Shown here one piece after another: positions 48,732-59,658 of a stretch of 64,000 nucleotides of DNA. The stretch comes from an uncultured cyanobacterium. GTDB lineage: Bacteria > Cyanobacteriota > Cyanobacteriia > Phormidesmidales > Phormidesmidaceae. Within the stretch, counting starts at the first letter, position 1; each line of letters opens with the position of its first letter. The stretch spans positions 288,001 through 352,000 of the forward strand of contig CAWBZI010000001.1 of NCBI GenBank assembly GCA_963793265.1. The letters are read 5' to 3'. The translations under genes and the position numbers were made by a program. The notes under the pieces are model-generated. The model was not told the origin of the DNA. It saw only the letters and a list, made by a program, of their open reading frames with translations, and did not search any database.

Positions 48732-50009
48732 TCACGCAACTGCTGCAACTGCTGTATCTTCTTTCGCCTCTTCGTCCTGCGACTCGTCTTTTGCCATGAA
48801 ATACAGGCTTAGATTAGCGACTGTGAGCGGAGAAGCTTGCTTTAAGTTTCGGGCACTAAAGGCCGTCAAAGACTCTAGCGCTGCTCTTTCGGCAATGTAT
48901 TTTTCTTCCTGCTGTCGCGATTCTATATCAAATGAATAGACAAGACTGTCGTACAGGGCAGCTGGTACAAAATTTGACCTGGCCTCTTCGTAAAATGTGT
49001 ACTCTGCTGGCTTGTCTTCAGTGTGCTCCTCTGTGGTAGAAGCTTCTTCAGCTTCGGGGGCGATCGCTGCCAACTGCTCCTTTTCACCTATAGAAAGCCC
49101 TTCGTACCACTCAACCCGATTTCTCCATGCCTCAATAGCAACCAAATCGTGATCGCGAATTCTGGTGAGTTCAGGAAATAGAAAGTCTAGTTCTTCTTCG
49201 GTTTCGGCTTTATCTAGGGTGAGGGATGCGTCTTGGCGGATGGTGGTGGTGAGGGTGGTGAGGCGATCACACACCGTTTGCCATTCGCCCTGCATTTCGT
49301 AAGTCATTGCGATCGCCTGCTCAATTGCCCACACACACTCGCGCCTGCGAACATACGCCACCGCACCGATTCCGCTCATAATCTGGCTATTGTCATAATC
49401 AGATAAAGCCTGAAACATCATGTCTCTAGCCGCTTTAATTTCATCATTTCTTGCCCTTAAATCCTGCATGGTAACCGCAGAGGCAAGCCGGTTCATCGCC
49501 TTGTCAAACAAGCCATAAGCCCTAGCTAGAATCGTACGGTGCGCCCTGAACTCTACATCTTCTGACACATGCTGAATATGCTCGATTAGCTCAGTGCCCT
49601 GGTCTGCAAATGCTTGTTTAAGATCAATAAAACCTTCTCTAACCTCAACGCGCATTTGCTGCACGTCCTTTCTGAGCTTAAGCGTTTGCCACAGATTTAC
49701 AGCAGAAAGCGCTGCAACGCCTACTACGCCTACGCCAATTACAGCCGTAGTTGCTTGCAATGTTGCTACCGAGGCAGAAAGCGCTTTGATTCCTTGAAGT
49801 GCCTTATGTCCTTGGTACAGTTGACCTGCGCCCATAGCCATTGATGGTAGGGCTGTCAGTGGATTAAGTCCCATTCCAACAGCGTGTGCGGCAAACTGAC
49901 CTGTTGCAGCGTCTCGAACCATTCCAATGGGCACGCCTGCTGCTGTCTGAACCGGGATGTATTTCCCGGCAGCTATTAAAGCCTGTACTGGAAGTGAAAA
50001 CTGGTACAT
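48732..50009 (-). CDS. Unknown protein (amphipathic/TM helices + coiled coil), partner of the dynamin gene
   Basis: 425 aa, 31 bp downstream of the dynamin gene with AAGGAG RBS. Hydrophobic segment TTAVIGVGVVGVAALSAVNLW. Confidence 0.85.
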   Translation of the reverse strand: MYQFSLPVQALIAAGKYIPVQTAAGVPIGMVRDAATGQFAAHAVGMGLNPLTALPSMAMGAGQLYQGHKALQGIKALSASVATLQATTAVIGVGVVGVAALSAVNLWQTLKLRKDVQQMRVEVREGFIDLKQAFADQGTELIEHIQHVSEDVEFRAHRTILARAYGLFDKAMNRLASAVTMQDLRARNDEIKAARDMMFQALSDYDNSQIMSGIGAVAYVRRRECVWAIEQAIAMTYEMQGEWQTVCDRLTTLTTTIRQDASLTLDKAETEEELDFLFPELTRIRDHDLVAIEAWRNRVEWYEGLSIGEKEQLAAIAPEAEEASTTEEHTEDKPAEYTFYEEARSNFVPAALYDSLVYSFDIESRQQEEKYIAERAALESLTAFSARNLKQASPLTVANLSLYFMAKDESQDEEAKEDTAVAAVA

Positions 50010-50040
50010 AGATGTTCTCCTTTAAATAAATAAATTTGTG

Positions 50041-52632
50041 TTAGTTCAGTGCTGCTTTAGTTAAATTGTTGAGAGCTGTTTCTATTGCTTGTAGCTGAAG
50101 AATCTTTTTCTGAATAAGAGCTGACTCTGTTCCCTTTTGTGCCAAAGTTTCTTTTAGAATTCTTTCCTGCTGCTCTAGCAGATTGCATAGGATAAAAATA
50201 GAAGCACTTGCCGCTTCGTGGAAATCTTGGGCCTTTCTGTCGAAGGCAATTTCTATGTTTTCAACAACCTTAGCTAACATTGGCTCGAAAGACTCTGTAA
50301 GCTTATCTATGCCCTTATTGAAGGCTTCCAGCTTCAGTTCTTGTTTCATTTCTTCTGTTGTTCTACCTAGAAAACCTATAATTCCACCAACTAATCCACC
50401 TGCCAAAACGATTGGAAACATAGTGAGGCTAGTAAAAGCAAGTCCTCCGACAGCTAGTGCACCACCGAACATCCCTAGCCCACCCAAAAAGCTTGTCGGA
50501 TCTTTCACTGACTCAGGTTCTAATTCAGAGTGGAAATTAAGATTGACGCCCAAACCCGACAACTCGAACTGTTTGTGCAAGTTAGTGCCAGCATCCTCGT
50601 CAATAGACTGTAGGTCATGTTTTATAGCTGCTAGCTTTCGAATAATTTCACTTTCTAGTGCCTTCACCTTAGGTTTTAAAATTGTCTGCATGACAGATTC
50701 TGTCAGCCAATTATCTAGCTCTTCAGACATGTTTTCAACAAATTGCCTTGCGTAGTCCTTAAGAATCTCTTTCTTCCCTTCACACTCAGTTTCCCACTTC
50801 TCTGCCTTAGTGATTAGGCGAGTATCAATACTCTCTAGCCACAGATCCCAAGAGTCGCTAACTTCTGAGAGTGTGTCATCAATGAGAGTATCTTTAAGCG
50901 CCTGAATTTTGGTGTCAAACCCACTTATCTCACCTGCTTGTTCTAGTATTTTGCGACGCTCCTCCTCTGAGAGACTGAGTTTGCCTTCTAAAGTAGCTGT
51001 CATTCGTTCGAATCCACCTTGGATACCTGAAATAAACCGCTGAATATCTGAAATTCTTTTCTCAAGTGTCAGTTCACCTCTCTCCTCTACTAAGAAAGTT
51101 TCGAGGGCGCTTACGAATTCTGAGAACGGCTTAGAATGCTCGTTTGAGGTCTGTGTCAAGGTTGCTTCTAGCGCAGACCGCGCAGACACAAAGTGAACTC
51201 GATTGTCGTTGCTTACTAGAGAGTTTGATGGATTGCGCACAACATTTTTTACTAGCGTTTCAACCTGCGCTACGTCTTTTGGCGATCGCAACAAATCCAT
51301 AAAATTAATCAGCACAAACAAATTATCAGCCGGAGCACCAGGATCTACTTTCTGCAAACGATGCTTCAAGCTTTGCAACAGATCTCGCTCTCCTTTCGTC
51401 ATGGGGCGCTGCGCATTCGCTAAAAAGATAGCCGCGTCAGTATCTTGCAATAGCCGTTCAGTTACCGCCGTCCGATCGGGATGCTCGTTTAATCCTGGCG
51501 AGTCTACAATCTCAACATGGTAACGGCACAGCGCTAGCCCCGGATGCTCCAGCACAATCTCAGCAATGTCAGATTCTGCTAGCTCAAGCTCTAGATTTCC
51601 TAACGCCGCTTCCTCTGGAATGGACACTTTCTGCTGATACTGATCAAAAGGAATGACAGCCTGTGTTCCATCCTTGTAATGGCAGATAACCCGTTTTTCA
51701 GCTCCGTATTTCAGTACCGTCAGCGTTCCACTACAGGGAATCGCTCGTACTGGCTGTAATTCTTCCCCTAGCAGTGCGTTCAAGAATGTCGATTTGCCCT
51801 GGCTAAACTCACCTACAATCGCCAGTCGAAATTTCTGGGACTGAACTTTTTGTGTGAGCGATCGCACCTCATCTTCCAACACTGAAGGAAAAATATCATA
51901 GTCTCCTTCTACCTGTAGCACTTGCAGCAGATCCGTACAGATTTGGCTCAACTGCTCCTGATAACCCTGAAACTTTTCGAGTTTCGCATACGAGAGCTTG
52001 CCGCCAGCTGAGTGCGATGCGTGCTCGGCCTGAGCTGAAAACTTAGAGGATAGAGAACTCGCGGCATTAACAATGGCCGCATCAATATTTTGAAATCGCT
52101 GAGGATCTAGCAGCCATCGCAGTTCTTCTATGGCGTCTGGGCTAACCTCGAATTGTTTGTCTTCCAGGCAAGAAAACAGTGCTTCTACTTGCTGCGCGGG
52201 TATGTCCATAGCGCGGGCTACTGTATCGAGATATTGCCGCTCTTGCGCTTCTGCATGGCCGTCTGCGATCGCTAATCTATACCCAAACCCCAAAATGATT
52301 AGCTTCTCAGAAACCGACAACGTATCTGTCAAACAGCTAATTGCATCCAAACGAGCATAAGTTTTATCTTTCCGTATGCCTTTAAGCATCAAAGAGGTTA
52401 GCTTCCTCATGCCACTTCTGGATGACACAAGCTGATTCAAAACTTCCTGAAGATAGGCCTTTTCCTCTTCTGCTAGCTGTCCGTCTGCGTAGGCTACACC
52501 AACTAGCACCGTCGTCACCGCCGACAAAAACATAATTCGAGGTGTAAGGTGACGCTTCATCACCTGTTGCCCCGTAATCTGTGTCAAGATTTCTGCACTG
52601 TCTACCGCTTGTATCGCAAGAGTTGAAGACAT
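50041..52632 (-). CDS. TerB-domain / bacterial dynamin-like GTPase fusion
   Basis: TerB motifs AYADGQLAEEE and AIADGHAEAQE. G1 GEFSQGKS, G3 DSPG, G4-like NFMD. C-terminal Gly-rich hydrophobic hairpin. Confidence 0.9.
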   Translation of the reverse strand: MSSTLAIQAVDSAEILTQITGQQVMKRHLTPRIMFLSAVTTVLVGVAYADGQLAEEEKAYLQEVLNQLVSSRSGMRKLTSLMLKGIRKDKTYARLDAISCLTDTLSVSEKLIILGFGYRLAIADGHAEAQERQYLDTVARAMDIPAQQVEALFSCLEDKQFEVSPDAIEELRWLLDPQRFQNIDAAIVNAASSLSSKFSAQAEHASHSAGGKLSYAKLEKFQGYQEQLSQICTDLLQVLQVEGDYDIFPSVLEDEVRSLTQKVQSQKFRLAIVGEFSQGKSTFLNALLGEELQPVRAIPCSGTLTVLKYGAEKRVICHYKDGTQAVIPFDQYQQKVSIPEEAALGNLELELAESDIAEIVLEHPGLALCRYHVEIVDSPGLNEHPDRTAVTERLLQDTDAAIFLANAQRPMTKGERDLLQSLKHRLQKVDPGAPADNLFVLINFMDLLRSPKDVAQVETLVKNVVRNPSNSLVSNDNRVHFVSARSALEATLTQTSNEHSKPFSEFVSALETFLVEERGELTLEKRISDIQRFISGIQGGFERMTATLEGKLSLSEEERRKILEQAGEISGFDTKIQALKDTLIDDTLSEVSDSWDLWLESIDTRLITKAEKWETECEGKKEILKDYARQFVENMSEELDNWLTESVMQTILKPKVKALESEIIRKLAAIKHDLQSIDEDAGTNLHKQFELSGLGVNLNFHSELEPESVKDPTSFLGGLGMFGGALAVGGLAFTSLTMFPIVLAGGLVGGIIGFLGRTTEEMKQELKLEAFNKGIDKLTESFEPMLAKVVENIEIAFDRKAQDFHEAASASIFILCNLLEQQERILKETLAQKGTESALIQKKILQLQAIETALNNLTKAALN

Positions 52633-52728
52633 CTTCTACTTTCTACATAGGAATAACTGTTGATATGTTTCCCTGTGTGTTACTCAAGGTAGATCAGCAA
52701 AGCTGCCTATTCTGCACTGCTAAAAGCG

Positions 52729-53361
52729 CTAATTTGACAGGAGACTACCTAAATGCTTCAAAATTTTTAGAGCCTCATATAGGTTGTTTCGAGATTGTGA
52801 TCGCGTTCCAAATAAATCAGAGACGCCATAGCGATCGCCCAAAGTCTTAACAAACAAATAGCTACTACCATTAGCAACCATGCCATAGAACGGTAAATCT
52901 GGTGTTGGAGAAGCCGCCATATAGGCTAGCGTCTGCGGCAGCGCCATCTCTAAATCAAACGTAGTCTTTTTAGACTCAATCACCACAACCCATAGCTGCT
53001 CTAATAGCACCAAGCCATCGATCCGCCCGCGCAAAACTTCGTCATTATCTCCCAAAGCTTCTATTTCAACAGGCGCTTCAGCTCGAAATTTATAGGGCGC
53101 AGTATAAAACCCTGCCAGCTCCAGCAGCGGCGATAGAATGACCAGCTTAATAGTTTCTTCTAGCAGCGCACCATCAGAAATTTGATACAGATAGTTTTTT
53201 CGCACCTCGTCTAGTCGTGAACGCTCTGATGCTTTCAACTCGGGTAACGCTTCGTTCCATTCTAGAAAAAAGTCTGGGTCATCACTCAGCGACAGACCTA
53301 ATTTCTGTTCTACCTGACGAAAGGTTGTAATCTTTTCTGAGATGGCTAGAATCTGCGTCAT
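52729..53361 (-). CDS. PD-(D/E)XK nuclease-like protein (HsdR N-terminal-like family common in cyanobacteria)
   Basis: E...GRIDGLV...VIESK, Q..AYM and NG motifs. Confidence 0.8.
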   Translation of the reverse strand: MTQILAISEKITTFRQVEQKLGLSLSDDPDFFLEWNEALPELKASERSRLDEVRKNYLYQISDGALLEETIKLVILSPLLELAGFYTAPYKFRAEAPVEIEALGDNDEVLRGRIDGLVLLEQLWVVVIESKKTTFDLEMALPQTLAYMAASPTPDLPFYGMVANGSSYLFVKTLGDRYGVSDLFGTRSQSRNNLYEALKILKHLGSLLSN

Positions 53362-53398
53362 TCTCGTTACATTCGTAAGTGTGGTAGCTACGTCTATT

Positions 53399-54334
53399 CT
53401 ACGACTGAGACAAAATTTGGTCGTCTAGTGAAAAGTCAACCTCTGTTTTGCTTCGACCATTAGACAAATAATCATTCTCAAACGAATCTTGTAGACCCTT
53501 AACAAGGCTGAATTTAGGTTGCCAGTTTAGTTCGCTTTGGGCTTTGGTGATGTCGGTGAAAAAGTGCTGTACGCGCATGGGAAAAGCTTTCTTTTTGCCG
53601 AAGTCGAACTGGGTGGGGTCGTAGTGAACGATTTTGAGTGCGTTGGGATCTTTGCCGACCGCTACGGCGCAGGCTTTGGCAAGGCCGTCAAAGGTAACGG
53701 CTTTGGGGCCAGAGATGTTATAGATTTGGCCAATGGCTTTAGGATTGTCTAAGACGCTGACCATGGCGGCGGCGAGGTCTTCGCAGTGGCCGAGGTGGGT
53801 GAGGGCCATGCCGCTACCGGGAATAGGGATGGGGCGATCGCGCACTACCCGATCAAAAAACCATTCCTCCAAAGGATTGTAATTCTGAGGCCCATATATA
53901 TAGACGGGGCGAATGGCCGTAAAAGGAACGCCCTGCTCTTTTAGATAGTCTTCGGTATGGAACTTACCTTTATGACGGCTGTTAGGATCTACTAGGTCGC
54001 CTTCGACATGAGGCATCTGATCGCTTTTGGCATAGACGCCTGCGGAGCTGACGTAAACAAAGTGCTGTAGCTTGCCTTTGAATAGCTCGACTAGAGGCTG
54101 AGTGTGAGCGAGTTCGCGGCCGTTGTTGTCAAAGATGGCATCGAAGGATTGATCGGCAAGAGCGGATTTTAGGGCTTCTGGGTTGGTGCGATCGCACACA
54201 ATTGTCTCCAATCCCTCAACGGGCGCAGGATGATTCCCCCGATTCAGCAGCACCACCTCATGCCCTGCGGCGACAAGCTGCTTGGTAAGATACACCCCAA
54301 TAAACCGCGTACCGCCAATGACTAAAACCCGCAT
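53399..54334 (-). CDS. NAD-dependent epimerase family, CSP41-like RNA-binding protein
   Basis: GGTRFIG, DNNGRE, SSAGVY, HKGK and KKAFPMR.QHF motifs. Confidence 0.88.
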   Translation of the reverse strand: MRVLVIGGTRFIGVYLTKQLVAAGHEVVLLNRGNHPAPVEGLETIVCDRTNPEALKSALADQSFDAIFDNNGRELAHTQPLVELFKGKLQHFVYVSSAGVYAKSDQMPHVEGDLVDPNSRHKGKFHTEDYLKEQGVPFTAIRPVYIYGPQNYNPLEEWFFDRVVRDRPIPIPGSGMALTHLGHCEDLAAAMVSVLDNPKAIGQIYNISGPKAVTFDGLAKACAVAVGKDPNALKIVHYDPTQFDFGKKKAFPMRVQHFFTDITKAQSELNWQPKFSLVKGLQDSFENDYLSNGRSKTEVDFSLDDQILSQS

Positions 54335-54734
54335 CGCCTACTTCCTAACGTTCTACACAATCGAGTTTATCTCTATGCCCGGACAATAAATCTGCTTAAT
54401 ACTAATAGCTAAAACAGGCTAAATAGAGCGTTTTGTCAATAGCAATAGCTTTAACTTATGCAAACGATAGGGAGGAGTAATGACTCATGAAAGTTTTGCG
54501 AGTCAGCGACTTTTCTTAAAATAAATTATGTCAATTTGTGTCACATGAAGCCTTTAACCCTTGCGGGATAGAGGTTTTCTGGTACAACTTTAAAGGCAAA
54601 AAGAAAACCGATTGCGGTATGTAGAAACGTTTCATTACCTCAATTCAACGCCGCTGTAAATGTTTCTTTTAGTTAAGAAGTTCATAGTTTTACAAGGCTA
54701 AAAGACATCTAACCGTTTTAGGAGTTCACTGCGC

Positions 54735-57700
54735 ATGTTCACTCAAGTTCGGCCCACTGTCAGACACGTTGTACCCAAAGAATTGGGCGATCGCTATCTG
54801 GTTAAGGTGGTCTACGTCGTACTCGAGCCCCAGTACCAAAGCTCTTTATCAGCAGCGGTACGCTCTATTAACGAAAATAATTCACGAATCGCTGTGGAAA
54901 TCAGCGGCTACCTGATTGAGGAGCTGCGCAGTGAAGAAAATTATGAGGCGTTCAAACGCGATATTGCTGAGGCGAATATCTTTATTGGTTCGCTGATTTT
55001 TGTAGAGGAACTGGCGGAGAAGGTGGCGCTAGCGGTACAGCCTGAGCGCGATCGCTTAGATGCCGCCGTGGTGTTCCCTTCTATGCCGCAGGTAATGCGC
55101 CTGAACAAGCTTGGCAGCTTTAATATGGCGACGCTGGGTCAGTCCAAAAGCGTGATTGGCGACTTTATGAAAAAGCGCCGCAAAAAGCAGGGCAGCGGCT
55201 TTGAAGACGCCATGCTGAAGCTGCTGCGGACGCTGCCGAAAGTGCTGAAGTACTTGCCGGTAGAGAAAGCGCAGGACGCTCGCAGCTTTATGCTGAGCTT
55301 CCAGTACTGGCTCGGCGGCTCGGCGGAGAACCTTGAGAACTTCCTGCTGATGCTCTCTGATAAGTACGTGCTGCCTGAAGATTACGAAGGCTCACCTGAA
55401 TCGGCAGCGCTGAGCTATGAGCAGCCAGTGACTTTCCCAGATATTGGGATCTGGCATCCGCTAGCGCCAGTAATGTTTGAAGATTTGAAGGAATATCTTA
55501 ACTGGTACGATTCGCGGAACGATATTCCTGAGATTGCGCGCAACGAGAATGCACCTTGCGTCGGAATTGTGTTGCAGCGGACGCACTTGGTAACGGGTGA
55601 CGACGCGCACTATGTTTCGATTGTGCAGGAATTGGAGTACAAAGGGGCTCGGGTCATTCCTGTGTTTGCAGGCGGTCTGGACTTTTCTAAGCCGGTAGAT
55701 GCTTACTTCTTCGATCCGCTCAATCCGACTGAGGCAATTGTGGATTCTGTGGTGTCGCTGACAGGCTTTGCGCTCGTCGGTGGCCCCGCGCGGCAGGATC
55801 ATCCCAAGGCGATTGAGGCGCTGCAAAAGCTGAACCGTCCTTATATGGTGTCTTTGCCATTGGTTTTCCAGACCACAGAAGAGTGGGAAGCGAGCGATTT
55901 GGGCCTGCACCCGATTCAGGTGGCGCTGCAAATGGCGATTCCTGAGCTAGACGGTGCAATTGAGCCGATTATTATGTCGGGTCGTGATGGGGCTACAGGT
56001 CGGGCGATTACGCTGCAAGACCGGGTAGAGGCGATTTCGACGCGATCGCTAAAGTGGGCACGTTTGCGCAAGCTGCCTCGCGTGGATAAAAAGCTGGCAA
56101 TCACAGTCTTCAGCTTTCCACCAGACAAAGGAAACGTAGGCACAGCGGCCTATCTCAACGTATTTGGCTCTATCTACCGAGTCATGGAAGAGATGAAGGC
56201 GCAGGGCTACACCGTTGAAGACTTGCCCGAGACATCAGAAGAACTGATGCAGATGGTGATTCATGACGCGCAAGCGCAGTACAACAGCCCGAACCTGAAC
56301 ATTGCACACAAAATGTCAGTGGCCGAGTACGAAGAACTCACACCTTATTCTCACCGTTTAGAAGAGAACTGGGGGCCACCACCAGGACAGCTCAATACAG
56401 ACGGTCAAAATCTGTTGGTATACGGTAAAACGTTCGGCAATGTGTTTATCGGTGTGCAGCCAACCTTTGGCTACGAAGGCGATCCAATGCGATTGCTATT
56501 CTCTCGTTCGGCCAGTCCCCACCACGGCTTTGCCGCTTACTACACTTATTTAGAGAAGATTTGGAAGGCGGACGCGGTACTGCATTTCGGTACGCATGGT
56601 TCTCTTGAATTTATGCCCGGCAAGCAAATGGGAATGAGCGCAAAGTGCTATCCCGACAACCTGATTGGCAATACGCCAAACCTGTATTACTACGCGGCGA
56701 ACAATCCTTCTGAGGCGACGATTGCCAAGCGTCGTGGCTATGCGGAGATTATTAGCTACCTCACCCCGCCAGCGGAAAACGCCGGTTTGTATAAGGGGCT
56801 CAAGGAACTGAGCGAGCTAATTGCGTCTTATCAAACCTTAAAAGAGGGCGGTCGAGGAGTTCCGATTGTGAATGCGGCGATTGAGAAAGCGCGGCAGGTG
56901 AACTTAGATAAGGATATTGAGCTACCGGAGGAGTGTTCGGAGCTGAGTAAGGAGGAGCGCGATACTTTAGTTGGCAAGCTTTATATCAAGCTGATGGAGA
57001 TTGAGTCGCGGCTGCTGCCCTGCGGTTTGCATGTGGTGGGTGAGCCGCCTACGGCTGAAGAGGCGATCGCAACCTTAGTCAACATTGCCAGCCTTGATCG
57101 CATTGAAGAAGGCCAAAAAAGCATCCAGCGCATCATTGCCGAGAGCATAGGCCGCGATATCGATGAGATCTATCGCAACAGCGATGTCGGTAACCTTGAA
57201 GATGTTCAAACGCTGTTCGACATTACTGAAGCGATTCGTGCGGCAGTGCGAGCAATGGTAGAAGAGCAGATTAACGAAGATGGCCGAGTATCAGCAAAGT
57301 CGATTCTCTCTAGCTTCAACTTCGGCGGTGGTAAGGCCGTATGGACAAAAACACTGCACGAGCTGGGCTATGAGAACGTTGAAGACGAGTCACTGGCTTC
57401 TTTGTTTGAATATTTGCAATTTTGCCTAAAGCAAGTTGTTGCAGACAACGAGCTAGCCGGTTTGTTGAGTGCGCTCGATGGTGAATACGTCCTTCCTGGC
57501 CCCGGTGGCGATCCCATCCGCAACCCAGACGTATTGCCCACAGGTAAGAACATCCACGCCCTTGATCCGCAATCGATTCCCACCTCTGCGGCGGTTGATT
57601 CTGCAAAGATTGTTGTTGATCGGCTGATTGCACGTCAAAGAGCCGAGAACGATGGTGCCTACCCTGAGACGATTGCTACCGTGCTGTGGGGCACAGACAA

Positions 57701-58731
57701 CATCAAAACCTATGGTGAGTCCTTAGCTCAGATGATGTGGTTTGTCGGTGTGAAGCCGGTGCCCGATTCGTCTAGGTCGGATGAACAAGCTAGAGCTAAT
57801 TTCGCTTGAAGAACTCGGTCGCCCTCGGATTGACGTGGTGATCAACTGTTCGGGCGTGTTCCGCGATTTGTTTGTGAACCAGATGGCGCTGCTTGACCGG
57901 GCGGTGAAGATGGCGGCTGAGGCTGATGAGCCGGTAGAGATGAACTTTGTTCGTAAACACGCGATGGCGCAAGCCGAAGAGTTTGGTATCACCCTGCGCA
58001 GCGCGGCCACTCGGATTTTCTCTAATGCTTCGGGCTCTTACGCTGCCAACGTAAACCTAGCAGTCGAGAACAGCAGTTGGGAAGAAGAACAGGAATTGCG
58101 CGATATGTATTTAGCGCGAAAGTCTTTCTCCTTTAACTGCGACAATCCCGGCGTGATGGACGAGTCTCGCGGTTTGTTAGAAGCTTCGTTGAAGACGGCT
58201 GATGTCACCTTCCAAAACCTGGATTCCTCTGAGATTTCGCTAACTGATGTCTCTCACTACTTTGATAGTGACCCGACTAAGGTGGTTGCGAGTTTGCGGG
58301 ATGACGGTAAAAAGCCTGCGTCTTTTATTGCAGATACGACAACAGCGAATGCTCAGGTGCGATCGCTCTCCGAAACCGTCCGCCTAGACGCCCGCACCAA
58401 AATGCTCAACCCCAAGTGGTATGAAGGCATGCTCTCGAACGGCTACGAAGGCGTCCGAGAAATCTCTAACCGCCTGGTGAACACTATGGGCTGGTCGGCA
58501 ACGGCTGACGCGGTAGATAACTGGGTGTACGAAGACACTAACGACACCTTCATCAACGATCCTGAAATGTGCAAGCGGCTAATGGACTTGAACCCTAATT
58601 CTTTCCGCCGCATGGTGACAACCTTGCTGGAAGTGAACGGTCGCGGCTACTGGGAAACCAGTGACGAGAACATTGAGAAGCTTCAGGAACTCTACGAAGA
58701 AGTAGAGAACCGGATTGAGGGCGTTGAATAG
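54735..58731 (+). CDS. chlH: Magnesium chelatase subunit H, split by a +1 frameshift near 57771
   Basis: ORFs 54735..57809 and 57781..58731 join into a full ChlH ([25 protein letters not shown]) if one base is removed in GAT TCG (T) CTA GGT CGG. Confidence 0.96.
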
Positions 58732-58764
58732 ACTGCGGCTATCTTAAGCTGATAAGTAGGATAC

Positions 58765-58794
58765 AAGGGGCAGATGTATATCTGCCCCTTTCTT
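58765..58794 (+). terminator. Rho-independent terminator after chlH
   Basis: AAGGGGCAGAT-GTAT-ATCTGCCCCTT followed by TCTT. Confidence 0.85.
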
Positions 58795-58865
58795 GCTGGC
58801 GTTTTTAAAGCATCGGTTGATAGTGCACCCTCACCCCGAATTATTGAATTGTTTTCTATTGACCT

Positions 58866-59339
58866 ATGAGAGAAACTGTATATATCGAAACCAGCGTTTT
58901 AGGATATCTCACGGCTAGATCGACAAGAGATTTAATTATTGCTGCAAATATAGAGTTGACTAAGATCTGGTGGAACACTCGCCGGAAGGATTTTGTCTTG
59001 TATACCTCACAAGCTGTCGCGACAGAAACATCCCAGGGCAATTCCGAAATGGCAGCTCAGCGGCTCAGTATCGCGAAAGAGCTTCCGTTGCTCGATCTCA
59101 ATGAAGACGTTGAAGCATTGGCAACACAGTTCCTATCTCGTAGTAATCTTCCTCCAAAGGCCAATATAGATGCGATTCATATTGCCGCTGCCACGGTTCA
59201 TGGAATGGATTATTTGCTAACGTGGAACTGTAAGCATATTGCAAACGCTCAAATGCAAACTAAACTTGCTGAAATCAGTGTTGAGCTTGGTTTTCAGCTA
59301 CCGCTTATCTGTACACCCTATGAGTTAATAGGAGAATAA
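58866..59339 (+). CDS. PIN-domain (VapC-like) protein
   Basis: VYIETSV, E, DAIHIAAA and LLTWNCKHIAN motifs. Confidence 0.88.
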   Translation: MRETVYIETSVLGYLTARSTRDLIIAANIELTKIWWNTRRKDFVLYTSQAVATETSQGNSEMAAQRLSIAKELPLLDLNEDVEALATQFLSRSNLPPKANIDAIHIAAATVHGMDYLLTWNCKHIANAQMQTKLAEISVELGFQLPLICTPYELIGE

Positions 59340-59342
59340 TCT

Positions 59343-59576
59343 ATGTGGCAGGACAGAATTGTAGAAGCCATTCATGAAGTTCGCGATCGGTACTCCGAAG
59401 ACTTCAATCATGATTTAGAGGCTATTTTTTCCGATCTCCGCAACCAGCAAAACAAAAGCGGTAGCAAAGTCGTGAGTTTATCTCGACCAGAGAATTTGAA
59501 AACGCGCTGGAGTGGACAGACAAGGAATAATGTGAACAGGGCTATGAGTGCCACTAAAACTCAAATGGGCCGCTAG
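59343..59576 (+). CDS. Small partner protein downstream of the PIN gene (putative antitoxin)
   Basis: MWQD.IVE.IH..R...F.HDL.AI pattern. 3 bp after the PIN stop. Confidence 0.65.
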   Translation: MWQDRIVEAIHEVRDRYSEDFNHDLEAIFSDLRNQQNKSGSKVVSLSRPENLKTRWSGQTRNNVNRAMSATKTQMGR

Positions 59577-59658
59577 ACTATCTGAACTTCGGTGGTTGTC
59601 GGCAGGCGTTAGAAGCTTTTGATGTGACAGGCTTATAGCTGTTACTCACGATGTTTCT

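Noticed and set aside
52729..53361. Nuclease as a definite component of the dynamin module
   Set aside because: This family is widely scattered in cyanobacterial genomes, so adjacency alone is weak. Kept only as context.
54520..54550. Possible RpaB/HLR1 site upstream of chlH (GTCAATTT-GT-GTCACATG)
   Set aside because: Too many mismatches to (G/T)TTACA(T/A)(T/A) repeats to support a call.
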